A stretch of 52,811 nt of DNA from Candidatus Pacearchaeota archaeon (GTDB lineage Archaea; Nanobdellota; Nanobdellia; Pacearchaeales; GW2011-AR1): positions 1 through 52,811 of the forward strand of contig JAFCDI010000005.1 in assembly GCA_017609755.1 (NCBI GenBank), written 5' to 3'. Positions within the stretch are counted from its first letter, which is position 1, and the number at the start of each line of letters is the position of its first letter. Below are positions 33,507 to 42,283 of this stretch, in pieces. A program made the position numbers and the translations under genes. The notes under the pieces were generated by a model. That model worked only from the letters and a program-made list of their open reading frames with translations. It searched no databases and was not told where the DNA came from.

Positions 33507-34244
33507 ATGACAGAAAAAGATTATAATCCAAATCAAAAAGAAAAAAAATCAATGAAAAAACAAAAAGTAGTTGCAAAAGCAAATCCAGAATCAGAAGCTT
33601 CTTTGCAAAAAAATAAAGTGCTTAAAGAAACAAAAAAAGCAGAAGAAAGTGCCAAAAAAGAAAAAACAGAAATTCAAAATATAAAAGAATCAGAGAATAA
33701 AAAAGAAATCAGTGAAAAAGAAAAAACTTCTGAAAAAAAAGAAGTTAAAAAAGAAATTCCAAAAATAAAAAGAACGGAAGTTTCTGCAAAAGGAATCAAT
33801 CTTCCAATATCTACTAAAGACGCAAAATTTGTTTGTAAGTTTATTCTTAGAAAAAATTTAGGCGATGCTATTAGAGATTTGCAAAAAGTGGTTGTAGGAA
33901 AAAAAGCAGTACCAATGAGAGGAGAAATTCCTCATAGAAAAGGAAAAGGTATAGATTCAGGAAGGTTTCCAAAAAAAGCTGCAGAAAATTTTATAATTGT
34001 GTTAAGAAGTTTAGCTGCAAATGCAAATCAAAGTAATATAGATGAACCAGTAATAATTAAAGCTGGAGCTAATTTAGCTTCAAGACCTTATGGAAGATTT
34101 GGAAGAACTCAGAAAAAAAGAACACATATTGAAGTAATTGTAAAAGAAAAAAGCGAATTAAAAAAGAAAAAAAACAATGAGAAACCTTTGGTTTCTCAAG
34201 CAATTAAACAAGCTCACAATAATGCGTCACAGAAAAGTGTTTAA
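33507..34244 (+). CDS. rpl22: Ribosomal protein uL22 with an N-terminal Lys/Glu-rich extension of about 80 aa
   Basis: The core starts near VSAKGINLPISTKDAKFVCKFILRKNLGDAIRDLQKVV. The preceding ~90 residues are K/E/S low complexity. Confidence 0.85.
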   Translation: MTEKDYNPNQKEKKSMKKQKVVAKANPESEASLQKNKVLKETKKAEESAKKEKTEIQNIKESENKKEISEKEKTSEKKEVKKEIPKIKRTEVSAKGINLPISTKDAKFVCKFILRKNLGDAIRDLQKVVVGKKAVPMRGEIPHRKGKGIDSGRFPKKAAENFIIVLRSLAANANQSNIDEPVIIKAGANLASRPYGRFGRTQKKRTHIEVIVKEKSELKKKKNNEKPLVSQAIKQAHNNASQKSV

Positions 34245-34246
34245 AA

Positions 34247-34918
34247 ATGGAAGAAAGAAATGTTGTAAATTTGAAAAAAGAAGAATTTGCTCTTAGAGAA
34301 TATATTAAAAAATTTCTAGGAAAAGGAAAAATAAGTAAAGTAAAAATAGAGTATACTCCAGTTGGTGAAAAATTAATAATTTCAACAAACAAACCAGGTT
34401 TAATAATTGGAAGAGGTGGAGAAAAAATAATGGAACTAACTGCTATTTTAAAGAATAAATTTAAATTAGAAAATCCTCATATTGAAATAGACGAGATAAA
34501 AGAGCCTGAATTTGATGCTCAAATAAATGCAGATGAAATTGCTCTTTCTCTTGAAAGATTTGGTCCATTAAAATTCAAAGTTATAGCATATAGAACTCTT
34601 CAAAGAATAATTAATGCTGGTGCTTTAGGTGCTGAAATAAGATTAAGTGGAAAGCTTCCAGGTTCAAGAGCAAAATCTTGGAGATTTGCCCAAGGATATT
34701 TAAAAAAAACAGGAGATAGTGCTAAAGTAGTTGATAGAGCGCAATCAAAAGCTCAAACAAAACCAGGAACTGTGGGTGTTAAAGTAAGTATACTCTCTCC
34801 ACATGCAATATTAAAAGATAGAATTAAAGTTGATGGAGAATTAATTGAAAAATTAAAAAGAAATACAGAAGAGTTAAAAAAAGAAACTAAAAAGAAAACA
34901 ATTGAAAAGAAAAAATGA
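34247..34918 (+). CDS. rps3: Ribosomal protein uS3
   Basis: KH domain (IIGRGGEKIMELT) and GAEIRLSGKLPGSRAK. Confidence 0.9.
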   Translation: MEERNVVNLKKEEFALREYIKKFLGKGKISKVKIEYTPVGEKLIISTNKPGLIIGRGGEKIMELTAILKNKFKLENPHIEIDEIKEPEFDAQINADEIALSLERFGPLKFKVIAYRTLQRIINAGALGAEIRLSGKLPGSRAKSWRFAQGYLKKTGDSAKVVDRAQSKAQTKPGTVGVKVSILSPHAILKDRIKVDGELIEKLKRNTEELKKETKKKTIEKKK

Positions 34919-35082
34919 AGAAAAAAGAACTAAAAAATATGAGCAAAGAAGACAGAGAGAAAAAATTAAAGGAATTAAAAATGGAATTAATCAAATCAAA
35001 AACTGCTGCTGAGAAAACAAATAGCAGTAAAACAAGACAAATTAAAAAAATGATTGCAAGAATCATCACACTCAATAAATAA
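34915..35082 (+). CDS. rpl29: Ribosomal protein uL29
   Basis: 55-aa ORF not in the track: MKKKELKNMSKEDREKKLKELKMELIKSKTAAEKTNSSKTRQIKKMIARIITLNK. ATGA overlap with rps3. Confidence 0.85.
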   Translation: MKKKELKNMSKEDREKKLKELKMELIKSKTAAEKTNSSKTRQIKKMIARIITLNK

Positions 35083-35083
35083 C

Positions 35084-35383
35084 ATGGAAATATGTCCAAA
35101 ATGTGGCTTGCCTAAGCAAGCATGTGTATGCGAACAAATGGTTAAAAGTTCGCAAAGAATAAAGATTTCCACTGACAAGAAAAGATACGGAAAAATCGTG
35201 ACAGTAATCAGTGGATTTGAGAACGACATCGATGTAAAAAAAATCGCAAAAAGTCTGAAAAATGAACTGGCTTGCGGTGGAACTTACAAAGATAAAATTA
35301 TTGAGCTTCAAGGAGACCATGTGAAGAAAGTAAAACCTCTTTTAGTAAAGTTAGGTTTTGAAGAAGATTCAATAGAGGAATAA
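35084..35383 (+). CDS. sui1: Translation initiation factor SUI1 (aIF1)
   Basis: MEICPKCGLPKQACVCE zinc knuckle, then RYGKIVTVISGF...LKNELACGGTYKDKIIELQGDH. Confidence 0.85.
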   Translation: MEICPKCGLPKQACVCEQMVKSSQRIKISTDKKRYGKIVTVISGFENDIDVKKIAKSLKNELACGGTYKDKIIELQGDHVKKVKPLLVKLGFEEDSIEE

Positions 35384-35415
35384 AATCTCTAAAAAGCATA
35401 CACAAAAACAAAAAA

Positions 35416-35787
35416 ATGAAAAAGAAAGAAAAAAATCCAAAAAAGAAAGAAGCAAAAATAGTTGAAACTAAGAAATTTGAGAAAGATTGTCCTATTCATG
35501 GAAATTTAAAAGTTAGAGGAAGAGTTTTTGAAGGAAGAGTTATTAAAAAATTTCATAAGAGAGTAGTTATTGAATTTGAGAGAATGATTTATGTTAAAAA
35601 ATATGAAAGATTTGCCAAAACAAAAACAAAATTACATGCTCGACTTCCTCTTTGTATGGAAAAAGAAATTAATATTGGAGATTTAATTAGAATTCAGGAA
35701 TGTCGTCCTCTAAGTAAAATTATACATTTTGCAGTTATTAAAAAAATTAAAGATGCTGAAACAGCTTCGGGAAATATTAAAAAATGA
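35416..35787 (+). CDS. rps17: Ribosomal protein uS17
   Basis: RGRVFEGRVIK...IGDLIRIQECRPLSK. Confidence 0.9.
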   Translation: MKKKEKNPKKKEAKIVETKKFEKDCPIHGNLKVRGRVFEGRVIKKFHKRVVIEFERMIYVKKYERFAKTKTKLHARLPLCMEKEINIGDLIRIQECRPLSKIIHFAVIKKIKDAETASGNIKK

Positions 35788-36185
35788 AAGCAATAAGTGC
35801 TAGAATAACTCCTGGATTAAACCTTGGAGCAATTGTAATTTCTTCTGATAATAGTGGAGCAAAAATTGTCAAACTTGTTTCAGTAAAAAAAAGTAAAGCA
35901 AAAAAAGGAAAACAAACAAATGCAAAAATTGCTGACTGGGTAAAAGTCAGTGTTCGTAAAGGGATTCCTGAAATGAAGGGAAAGGTTTTTGATGCTGTAA
36001 TAATAAGGCAAAAAAAAGCATATAGAAGATTAAATGGAGAAAGAGTTGCTTTTGAAGATAATGCTGTGGCAATTTTAAAAGATGAAAAAGGAAATCCAAA
36101 AGGAACTCAAATTAAAGGACCAATTGCAAGAGAGGTTTTAGAGCGATGGCCTCAAGTCGCAAAAATCGCTTCAATTGTATATTAA
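35784..36185 (+). CDS. rpl14: Ribosomal protein uL14
   Basis: DNSGAKIVKLVSV...AVIIRQKK...FEDNAVAIL pattern. Confidence 0.9.
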   Translation: MKAISARITPGLNLGAIVISSDNSGAKIVKLVSVKKSKAKKGKQTNAKIADWVKVSVRKGIPEMKGKVFDAVIIRQKKAYRRLNGERVAFEDNAVAILKDEKGNPKGTQIKGPIAREVLERWPQVAKIASIVY

Positions 36186-36187
36186 AA

Positions 36188-36607
36188 ATGAAAAAGAAAT
36201 TTTCAACAAAGTGGAAATCAAGCAAACAGCCTAGAAAGCAGAGAAAGTATGCAGCTCAAGCTCCATTACATAAAAAAAGAAAACTTTTAAGTGCAAATCT
36301 ATCAAAAGACTTAAGAAAAAAATATGAAAAAAGAAATCTTCCTCTAAAAAAAGGAGATGTTGTAAAAATTATGAGAGGAAAATTCAAAAATAAATCAGGA
36401 AAAATTTCCTCTGTGAATTCAAAAACTTTAAAGATTCATGTTGATGGAATTTCAGTAAAAAAAAGAGATGGTTCAAAAGTAAATGTTAGTTTAAAACCAT
36501 CTAATCTTCAAATAACTGAATTAAATTTAGAAGACAAAAAAAGATTAAAAAATAAAGAAATAAAGGAGAAAAAACAAAATGCACCTAAAAAGACACCAAG
36601 TACCTAA
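36188..36607 (+). CDS. rpl24: Ribosomal protein uL24
   Basis: KOW motif LKKGDVVKIMRGKFKNKSGKI. Start moved to the ATG just after the rpl14 stop. Confidence 0.85.
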   Translation: MKKKFSTKWKSSKQPRKQRKYAAQAPLHKKRKLLSANLSKDLRKKYEKRNLPLKKGDVVKIMRGKFKNKSGKISSVNSKTLKIHVDGISVKKRDGSKVNVSLKPSNLQITELNLEDKKRLKNKEIKEKKQNAPKKTPST

Positions 36608-37235
36608 AAATTGGCCAATAAAGAGAAAAGGCACACTTTATGTAGTTAGACCTAATTCAAGACTTTCTAATGGAATACCTATTTTAATTGCACTTAGAGA
36701 TGTTCTAAAATTGGCACAAAATAGAAAAGAAGTAAAAAAGATAATTTCTAATAAACAAATTTTATTAAATGGTTTTCCAGTAAAAGATGAAAAAAATAGT
36801 TTGTCTCTCTTTGATGTTTTAACAATTGTTCCTTCAAAAGAAATTTATAAACTTACTCTATCTGAAAAAGGAAAATTTGTGATTGAAAAAGCTGATTATG
36901 AAAAAAGAGATTTCAAAATATGTAAAGTTGTCAATAAAAAAATTCTAAAAGGTAAAAAAGTACAATTAAATTTAAGTGATGGAAGAAATTTTATCTCAAA
37001 TATTTCATGTAAAGTTAATGATTCAGTTTTAGTAAATTTAAATAAGAAAAAAATAGACAAATGTCTTCCTTTAAAAGAAAAAGCTAGAGTTTTGGTTTTT
37101 GCAGGAAAACACTCTGGAAAAAAAGCAAAAATTTCTAAATTAGACTTAGAAAAAAAGACAGCAGAATTAGATTACAAAGAAGGAAAAATTAATGTTTTAA
37201 TTAAACAACTAATGGTAATAGAAGAAAATGAATAA
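36579..37235 (+). CDS. rps4e: Ribosomal protein eS4
   Basis: MHLKRHQVPKNWPI N-terminus, S4 and KOW-like modules. Confidence 0.85.
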   Translation: MHLKRHQVPKNWPIKRKGTLYVVRPNSRLSNGIPILIALRDVLKLAQNRKEVKKIISNKQILLNGFPVKDEKNSLSLFDVLTIVPSKEIYKLTLSEKGKFVIEKADYEKRDFKICKVVNKKILKGKKVQLNLSDGRNFISNISCKVNDSVLVNLNKKKIDKCLPLKEKARVLVFAGKHSGKKAKISKLDLEKKTAELDYKEGKINVLIKQLMVIEENE

Positions 37236-37722
37236 AATGAGAGAAATAAAAATTGAGAAAATTGTTCTAAGTGTAGGTGGAACTGCCGAAGAATTAGAAA
37301 AAGGCTTCAAACTTTTAGAATTTTTAACAGGAAAAAAGCCTTCAAAAACAACATCTAAAAAAAGAATTCCTACTCTAGGAGTTCGTCCTAATCTAGAAGT
37401 AGGCGCAGTTTTAACAATTAGAAAAGATTTTAAGGAACTTTTAAGAAGACTTTTAAGTACAATTGACAACACTATAAAGAAAAAGCAAATAAGTGAGAAT
37501 AATTTTTCTTTTGGAATAAAAGAATACATTGAAATTCCTGAAATAGAATATCAAAGAGATATAGGAATAAGAGGATTTGATGTTACAATTGTTTTTAAAA
37601 GAGCTGGAAGAAGAGTTAAATTAAGAAAGACTAAAAAAGGAAAAATTCCAAAAAGACAGAAAATTTCAAAAGAAGAGATAATTAAATTTATGGAAGAAAA
37701 TTTTAACACAAATTTTATTTAA
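37228..37722 (+). CDS. rpl5: Ribosomal protein uL5
   Basis: MREIKIEKIVLSVG...GIKEYIEIPEIEYQRDIGIRGFDVTI. Confidence 0.9.
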   Translation: MNKMREIKIEKIVLSVGGTAEELEKGFKLLEFLTGKKPSKTTSKKRIPTLGVRPNLEVGAVLTIRKDFKELLRRLLSTIDNTIKKKQISENNFSFGIKEYIEIPEIEYQRDIGIRGFDVTIVFKRAGRRVKLRKTKKGKIPKRQKISKEEIIKFMEENFNTNFI

Positions 37723-37725
37723 AAA

Positions 37726-37956
37726 ATGACTGCAAGCGATTGGAAAAAAATATTGAAACAACTAAAGAACAAGCCAGAAATTAGAGAGAAGTTTCTAAAA
37801 CACTGCAAACCAAAAGAAAGAAAAATTGGAATTGCTGCAAAAAAATGTGAAAGATGCGGAAGATATGGAGCACATATAAAATCATACGGATTAAATTTAT
37901 GCCGACACTGCTTTAGAGAAATAGCAGAAGAAATCGGTTTTAAAAAATATAATTAA
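37726..37956 (+). CDS. rps14: Ribosomal protein uS14 (zinc type)
   Basis: [25 protein letters not shown]. Confidence 0.85.
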   Translation: MTASDWKKILKQLKNKPEIREKFLKHCKPKERKIGIAAKKCERCGRYGAHIKSYGLNLCRHCFREIAEEIGFKKYN

Positions 37957-38028
37957 AAAAATGAAAATTCAAAATAATTTTCAAGCATTCAAACTCCAGT
38001 TATCTGGAATTTGGATAGGAGTTAGAAT

Positions 38029-38409
38029 ATGAGCCAAGATGTTGTTGCTGATGGATTGAATATGATAAGAAATGCTAAAAAAGCTGGAAAAGAGATAGTT
38101 GTTATTCCAAGAATTTCAAATTTGTTAGTTGAAATTCTAAAGATAATGAAACAAAAAGGCGCAATAAAGAGATATAAAATAAAAGTCAAAGAGAAATCTC
38201 TAGAAATAACAATTGGAAATTTGTTTGAATGTAAAGCAATAAAACCCAGATTTAGTGTTAAAAAAGAAGATATAGAAAGATATAGAAGAAGATATCTTCC
38301 TTCTAGAAATCTTGGAACTATGATTGTTTCCACAAATAAAGGATTAGTTACACACGAAGAAGCTCAAAATGAACAAATAGGAGGAAGCTTAGTTGCATAT
38401 TTTTACTAA
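38029..38409 (+). CDS. rps8: Ribosomal protein uS8
   Basis: DVVADGLNMIRNA...STNKGLVTHEEA...GGSLVAYFY. Confidence 0.9.
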   Translation: MSQDVVADGLNMIRNAKKAGKEIVVIPRISNLLVEILKIMKQKGAIKRYKIKVKEKSLEITIGNLFECKAIKPRFSVKKEDIERYRRRYLPSRNLGTMIVSTNKGLVTHEEAQNEQIGGSLVAYFY

Positions 38410-38418
38410 TTAAATAAA

Positions 38419-38961
38419 ATGAAAAAAGAAATAATTCAAAAAATTGAAATTCCTGAAGGAGTTGAAATAGAAATAAAAGAAAATAAATTAAAAGTAAAAG
38501 GAGAAAAAGGAGAAATTGAAAGAGAATTTAATCTTCGAAAATTGGATTTTGAAAAAAAAGGAAATTTTATTATGATTGGAAATAAAAAAGCAACAAAAAA
38601 AGAAAAAAAGAGAATTAATACAATTACTGCTCATATTCAAAATATGATTAAAGGAGTTCAAAACGAATTTGAATATCAATTAAAAATATGTTCAAGTCAT
38701 TTTCCAATGACTGTTGAAATTAAAGATAAAGAAGCTACTATTAAAAATTTTCTTGGAGAAAAAATAAATAGAAAAGCTAAAATTAGAGATAATGTGCGAG
38801 TGAATATTGAAGGAGAAATAATAAAAATAAATTCTTATGATAAAGAGGCTGCAGGACAAACTGCTGCTAATTTTGAGAAAGCAACTAGAATTAAAAATAG
38901 AGATAGAAGAGTTTTCCAAGATGGAATATTTCTAACTAGTAAAGCAGGGAGGGAAATTTAA
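38419..38961 (+). CDS. rpl6: Ribosomal protein uL6
   Basis: Two-repeat uL6 pattern, IPEGVEIEIKENKLKVKGEKGE...RVFQDGIF. Confidence 0.85.
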   Translation: MKKEIIQKIEIPEGVEIEIKENKLKVKGEKGEIEREFNLRKLDFEKKGNFIMIGNKKATKKEKKRINTITAHIQNMIKGVQNEFEYQLKICSSHFPMTVEIKDKEATIKNFLGEKINRKAKIRDNVRVNIEGEIIKINSYDKEAAGQTAANFEKATRIKNRDRRVFQDGIFLTSKAGREI

Positions 38962-39374
38962 TGAAATTTTTAAGAAGAACTTCAAATAGATATTCTAAAT
39001 TAGGAAAAAGAAGAAAGAAAAAACAGATTTGGAGAAGACCTACTGGAAGAGACAATAAAATGAGAGAAAAAAGAAGAGGCTATCCTGCTAGAGTTAGTAT
39101 AGGTTATAAAAAAGGAAATAAAAAAGAAAGAATAATTGTAAAAAATCCAAAAGAACTTGATAAAATAGAAAAAAATTCAATTATAATAGTAGGAAATATT
39201 GGAAAAATAAAAAAAATAGAAATAGCAAAAAAAGCAAAAGAAAAAAATATTTCTATTGAAAATATGAATATTGAAAATTTTCTTAAAAAAAATTCAATGA
39301 AGAAAAAAAAGAAAATAGAAGAGAAAAAAGTAAAGGAAAAGGAGGATTTCCAAAATAAAAATGAATCTAAGTAA
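38961..39374 (+). CDS. rpl32e: Ribosomal protein eL32
   Basis: WRRPTGRDNKMR...GYPARVSIGY. Lys-rich C-terminal tail. Confidence 0.8.
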   Translation: MKFLRRTSNRYSKLGKRRKKKQIWRRPTGRDNKMREKRRGYPARVSIGYKKGNKKERIIVKNPKELDKIEKNSIIIVGNIGKIKKIEIAKKAKEKNISIENMNIENFLKKNSMKKKKKIEEKKVKEKEDFQNKNESK

Positions 39375-39783
39375 GAAAAAAGCACTAGCTGCAAAAACTT
39401 TGAAAGTTGGAAAAGATAGAATAGTTTTTGTAAAATCTAGATTAGAAGATATTAAAGAAGCAATAACTAAACAAGATATTAGAGATCTTCAAAAAGAAGG
39501 AGCAATATTTATCAAAGAGATTAAAGGCAGAAAAGCAAATTTAAAAAGAAAAAATAAAAGAAGTGTTGGAAATATCAGAAAAAAAGTAAATAAAAGAAAA
39601 AAAGAATATGTTGTGTTAACTCGAAAATTAAGAAAATATGTTAGAGAATTAAGAAATCAAGGAAAATTAACACGAGAGAATTCTAAGGATTTAAGAAAAA
39701 AAATTAGAAATAGGCAATATAAAAGTCTTGGAAATCTTAAAGAGTATATAAGGAGTGTAATAATAAAAAATGAAAATAAATAA
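39361..39783 (+). CDS. rpl19e: Ribosomal protein eL19
   Basis: MNLSKKKALAAKTLKVGKDRIVF N-terminus. Highly basic. Confidence 0.85.
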   Translation: MNLSKKKALAAKTLKVGKDRIVFVKSRLEDIKEAITKQDIRDLQKEGAIFIKEIKGRKANLKRKNKRSVGNIRKKVNKRKKEYVVLTRKLRKYVRELRNQGKLTRENSKDLRKKIRNRQYKSLGNLKEYIRSVIIKNENK

Positions 39784-40255
39784 AAGACGAAGAAGAGAAT
39801 TTAAAACAGATTATTTAAAAAGAATCAAACTTCTTAAAAGTGGTTCTCCTAGACTTGTTTTTAGAAGAACAAATTCTTATTTAATTGTGCAGTATGTGAT
39901 TAGTAAAGAAGCAAAAGATAAAATAGTTTTTGGAACAACTTCTAAAAAATTACTCTCTCTTGGATGGCCTAAAGAAAGTTCTAGAAGTTTAAAATCTATT
40001 CCTGCCTCTTATCTTTTAGGATTATTTATTGGTAAAAAAATAAAAGATGAAAAATTATCAGAACCAATAATTGATTTTGGAATGATTAGAATGATTCCTA
40101 AGACAAAAACATATGCTTTTATTAAAGGATTAAATGACGGAGGAGTAAATATTGCTTGTAAAAAAGAATTTTTTCCTGAAGAAGAAAGAATAAGAGGAGA
40201 AAAACTAAAAAATAAAATACCTTTTGATAATCTTAAAGCAGCAATAGAAAAATAA
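39770..40255 (+). CDS. rpl18: Ribosomal protein uL18
   Basis: RRRREFKTDYLKRIKLLKSGSPRLVFRRTNSYLIVQ. Confidence 0.85.
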   Translation: MKINKRRRREFKTDYLKRIKLLKSGSPRLVFRRTNSYLIVQYVISKEAKDKIVFGTTSKKLLSLGWPKESSRSLKSIPASYLLGLFIGKKIKDEKLSEPIIDFGMIRMIPKTKTYAFIKGLNDGGVNIACKKEFFPEEERIRGEKLKNKIPFDNLKAAIEK

Positions 40256-40256
40256 A

Positions 40257-41186
40257 ATGGCAAAAGAAACAGATACAAAAAATTTAGAATCTAAAAAAGA
40301 ATCCTATGAAGCTCCAGTAGCAGATTTATCTGAAAAAGCAGTTTCAGAAGTTAAGAATCCTGAAGAAGTGGACAAACAAAAATTAAATCAAAAAATAGAA
40401 GAAGTTTTAGATGAAGAAGACGAATATGCAGAAATTCCAGAAGAAGTTTTAGATGAAGAAGATTTAGAAGAATTAAAAAAACTTGAAAAAGAAAAGGAAA
40501 AACAGCCTGTTTTAAGAAGAGGAGAAAAAACAAAAGAAGAGGTTATTGAATCTTGGGAACCAAAAACAAAATTAGGAAAAGAAGTAAAAGCTGGAAAAAT
40601 TAAAAATATTGATGAAATATTAGATAATAAAAGAAAAATTCTAGAAGAAGAAATTGTTGATTCTCTTCTTGAGATTAAATTTGATTTAATTTCTATTGGA
40701 CAATCAAAAGGAAAGTTTGGTGGAGGAAAAAGAAGAGCCTGGAGACAAACTCAAAGAAAAACAAAAGAAGGAAATGTTCCAACATTCTCTGCAATGGCTG
40801 TTATTGGTGATGAAAATGGACATGTTGGAATTGGAGATGGAAAGGCAATGGAAACTCTTCCTGCAAGAGACAAGGCAATAAGAAAAGCTAAATTAAATAT
40901 AATTAAAGTAAAAAGAACTTGTTCTGCTTTTGATTGTGATTGTTCTGAATTACACACTGTTCCATTTAAAGTTACAGGAAAATCAGGAAGTGTGAAAGTA
41001 ACTCTAATACCTGCTCCTCAAGGAACTGGACTAGTTGTGGGAAGTGAATTAAAGAAAATATTAAAATTAGCTGGAATAAGAGATGTTTATAGTCGTTCAT
41101 CTGGAAGAATAAGAACTACTTTTAATTTAGTAAAAGCTTGTATAAATGCTCTAGAAAAAACAAATAGGAGAGTTGAAGAAAGATGA
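40257..41186 (+). CDS. rps5: Ribosomal protein uS5 with an acidic N-terminal extension of about 90 aa containing a 14-aa tandem duplication
   Basis: The core starts at WEPKTKLGKEVKAGKI. The extension carries EEVLDEED twice, encoded by a 24-nt perfect repeat at 40397-40420 and 40439-40462. Confidence 0.9.
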   Translation: MAKETDTKNLESKKESYEAPVADLSEKAVSEVKNPEEVDKQKLNQKIEEVLDEEDEYAEIPEEVLDEEDLEELKKLEKEKEKQPVLRRGEKTKEEVIESWEPKTKLGKEVKAGKIKNIDEILDNKRKILEEEIVDSLLEIKFDLISIGQSKGKFGGGKRRAWRQTQRKTKEGNVPTFSAMAVIGDENGHVGIGDGKAMETLPARDKAIRKAKLNIIKVKRTCSAFDCDCSELHTVPFKVTGKSGSVKVTLIPAPQGTGLVVGSELKKILKLAGIRDVYSRSSGRIRTTFNLVKACINALEKTNRRVEER

Positions 41187-41524
41187 TTGCAGTAATAAGA
41201 ATTGTTGGACAAGTTGGAATAAGAAAAGACATAAAAGAAACTCTAAACAGATTGAGATTAAGAAAAAAATATAATTGCATTGTTTTTGAAAATCCTACAA
41301 AAGAAGAAAGAGGAAGAGTGAATAAAGTAAGAGATTTTTGTGCATTTGGAGAAATAAATTCAGAAATTTATAAAAAATTAAAAGAAAAAAGAAAAACAAA
41401 AATAGATAATTTCTTTAGATTATCTCCTCCAAAAGGTGGAATAAAAAGCAAATTAGGTTTTCCAGAAGGAGTTCTTGGAAATCATAAAGAAAAAATAAAT
41501 GAATTAATTGAGAGGATGATATAA
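41183..41524 (+). CDS. rpl30: Ribosomal protein uL30
   Basis: IAVIRIVGQVGIRKDIKETLNRLRLRK. Confidence 0.8.
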   Translation: MIAVIRIVGQVGIRKDIKETLNRLRLRKKYNCIVFENPTKEERGRVNKVRDFCAFGEINSEIYKKLKEKRKTKIDNFFRLSPPKGGIKSKLGFPEGVLGNHKEKINELIERMI

Positions 41525-41769
41525 TGGAATTTAAAGGAAAAATAAAAAATTTGGATAATATAAAAATTGGAGATAAAATCTCTGATGAAATTGTTATTTA
41601 CAAAGATGAATATAAAGTTGAAACAATAAGAAATAATGAAAATGAGAAAGGACTTTATCCTCAAATAAAATATTTTATAAATTCTGATAGAAATGGACTA
41701 ATAGAAAGTTCTTCTATTCTAATAACTAAAAAAAGATATAATAGTTATTTAGAATCTCTTAAAAAATAA
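41524..41769 (+). CDS. Hypothetical 81-aa protein inserted between rpl30 and rpl15
   Basis: TAATG overlap with rpl30, and only 2 nt before rpl15. No ribosomal family recognised. Confidence 0.5.
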   Translation: MEFKGKIKNLDNIKIGDKISDEIVIYKDEYKVETIRNNENEKGLYPQIKYFINSDRNGLIESSSILITKKRYNSYLESLKK

Positions 41770-41771
41770 AA

Positions 41772-42281
41772 ATGGCAAAGAAAAGAAAAAAAGCTTCAAG
41801 AAGACATGGAAGAAAAATGGGAACTTCTGGACATGGTGCTAGAAAAAAAGCTAAAAAAAGCGGGCATAGAGGAGGAAAAGGAATGTCTGGAAGTGGAAAA
41901 AGAGCAGATCATAAAAAAACATTAATTACTAAACTCTATGGAGGAAAATATTTTGGAAAACAAGGAATTACTAGTAGAGGAACAAAAATAAATAAAACTA
42001 AAAAAATAAATCTAAGAGATATTGAAAAAAATTTAGAAAATTATGGAAGAAAAACAGACAAAGGATATGAAATTAATTTAAAGAATCATAAGATTCTTGG
42101 AACAGGAAAAGTAAAAAATAAGTTAATTATAAAAGCAAATTCAGCTTCTAAATTAGCAATAGAAGAAGTAAAAAAAGCTGGAGGAGAAATTATTTTGAAT
42201 TCTTCAGTTAATAATAAAACTCAGCCAATAAAAGGAGATAAAGAAAAAACTACTGTCCAAAAAAAAGAGGCTAAAAAATAA
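41772..42281 (+). CDS. rpl15: Ribosomal protein uL15
   Basis: SRRHGRKMGTSGHGARKKAKKSGHRGGKGMSG. Confidence 0.9.
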   Translation: MAKKRKKASRRHGRKMGTSGHGARKKAKKSGHRGGKGMSGSGKRADHKKTLITKLYGGKYFGKQGITSRGTKINKTKKINLRDIEKNLENYGRKTDKGYEINLKNHKILGTGKVKNKLIIKANSASKLAIEEVKKAGGEIILNSSVNNKTQPIKGDKEKTTVQKKEAKK

Positions 42282-42283
42282 AA

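Noticed and set aside
33507-40540. AAG/GAA/AAA-rich tracts as microsatellites or non-coding repeats.
   Set aside because: They are in frame within ribosomal protein genes and encode K/E-rich tails. Only the 24-nt repeat in rps5 is a true exact repeat, and it is reported separately.
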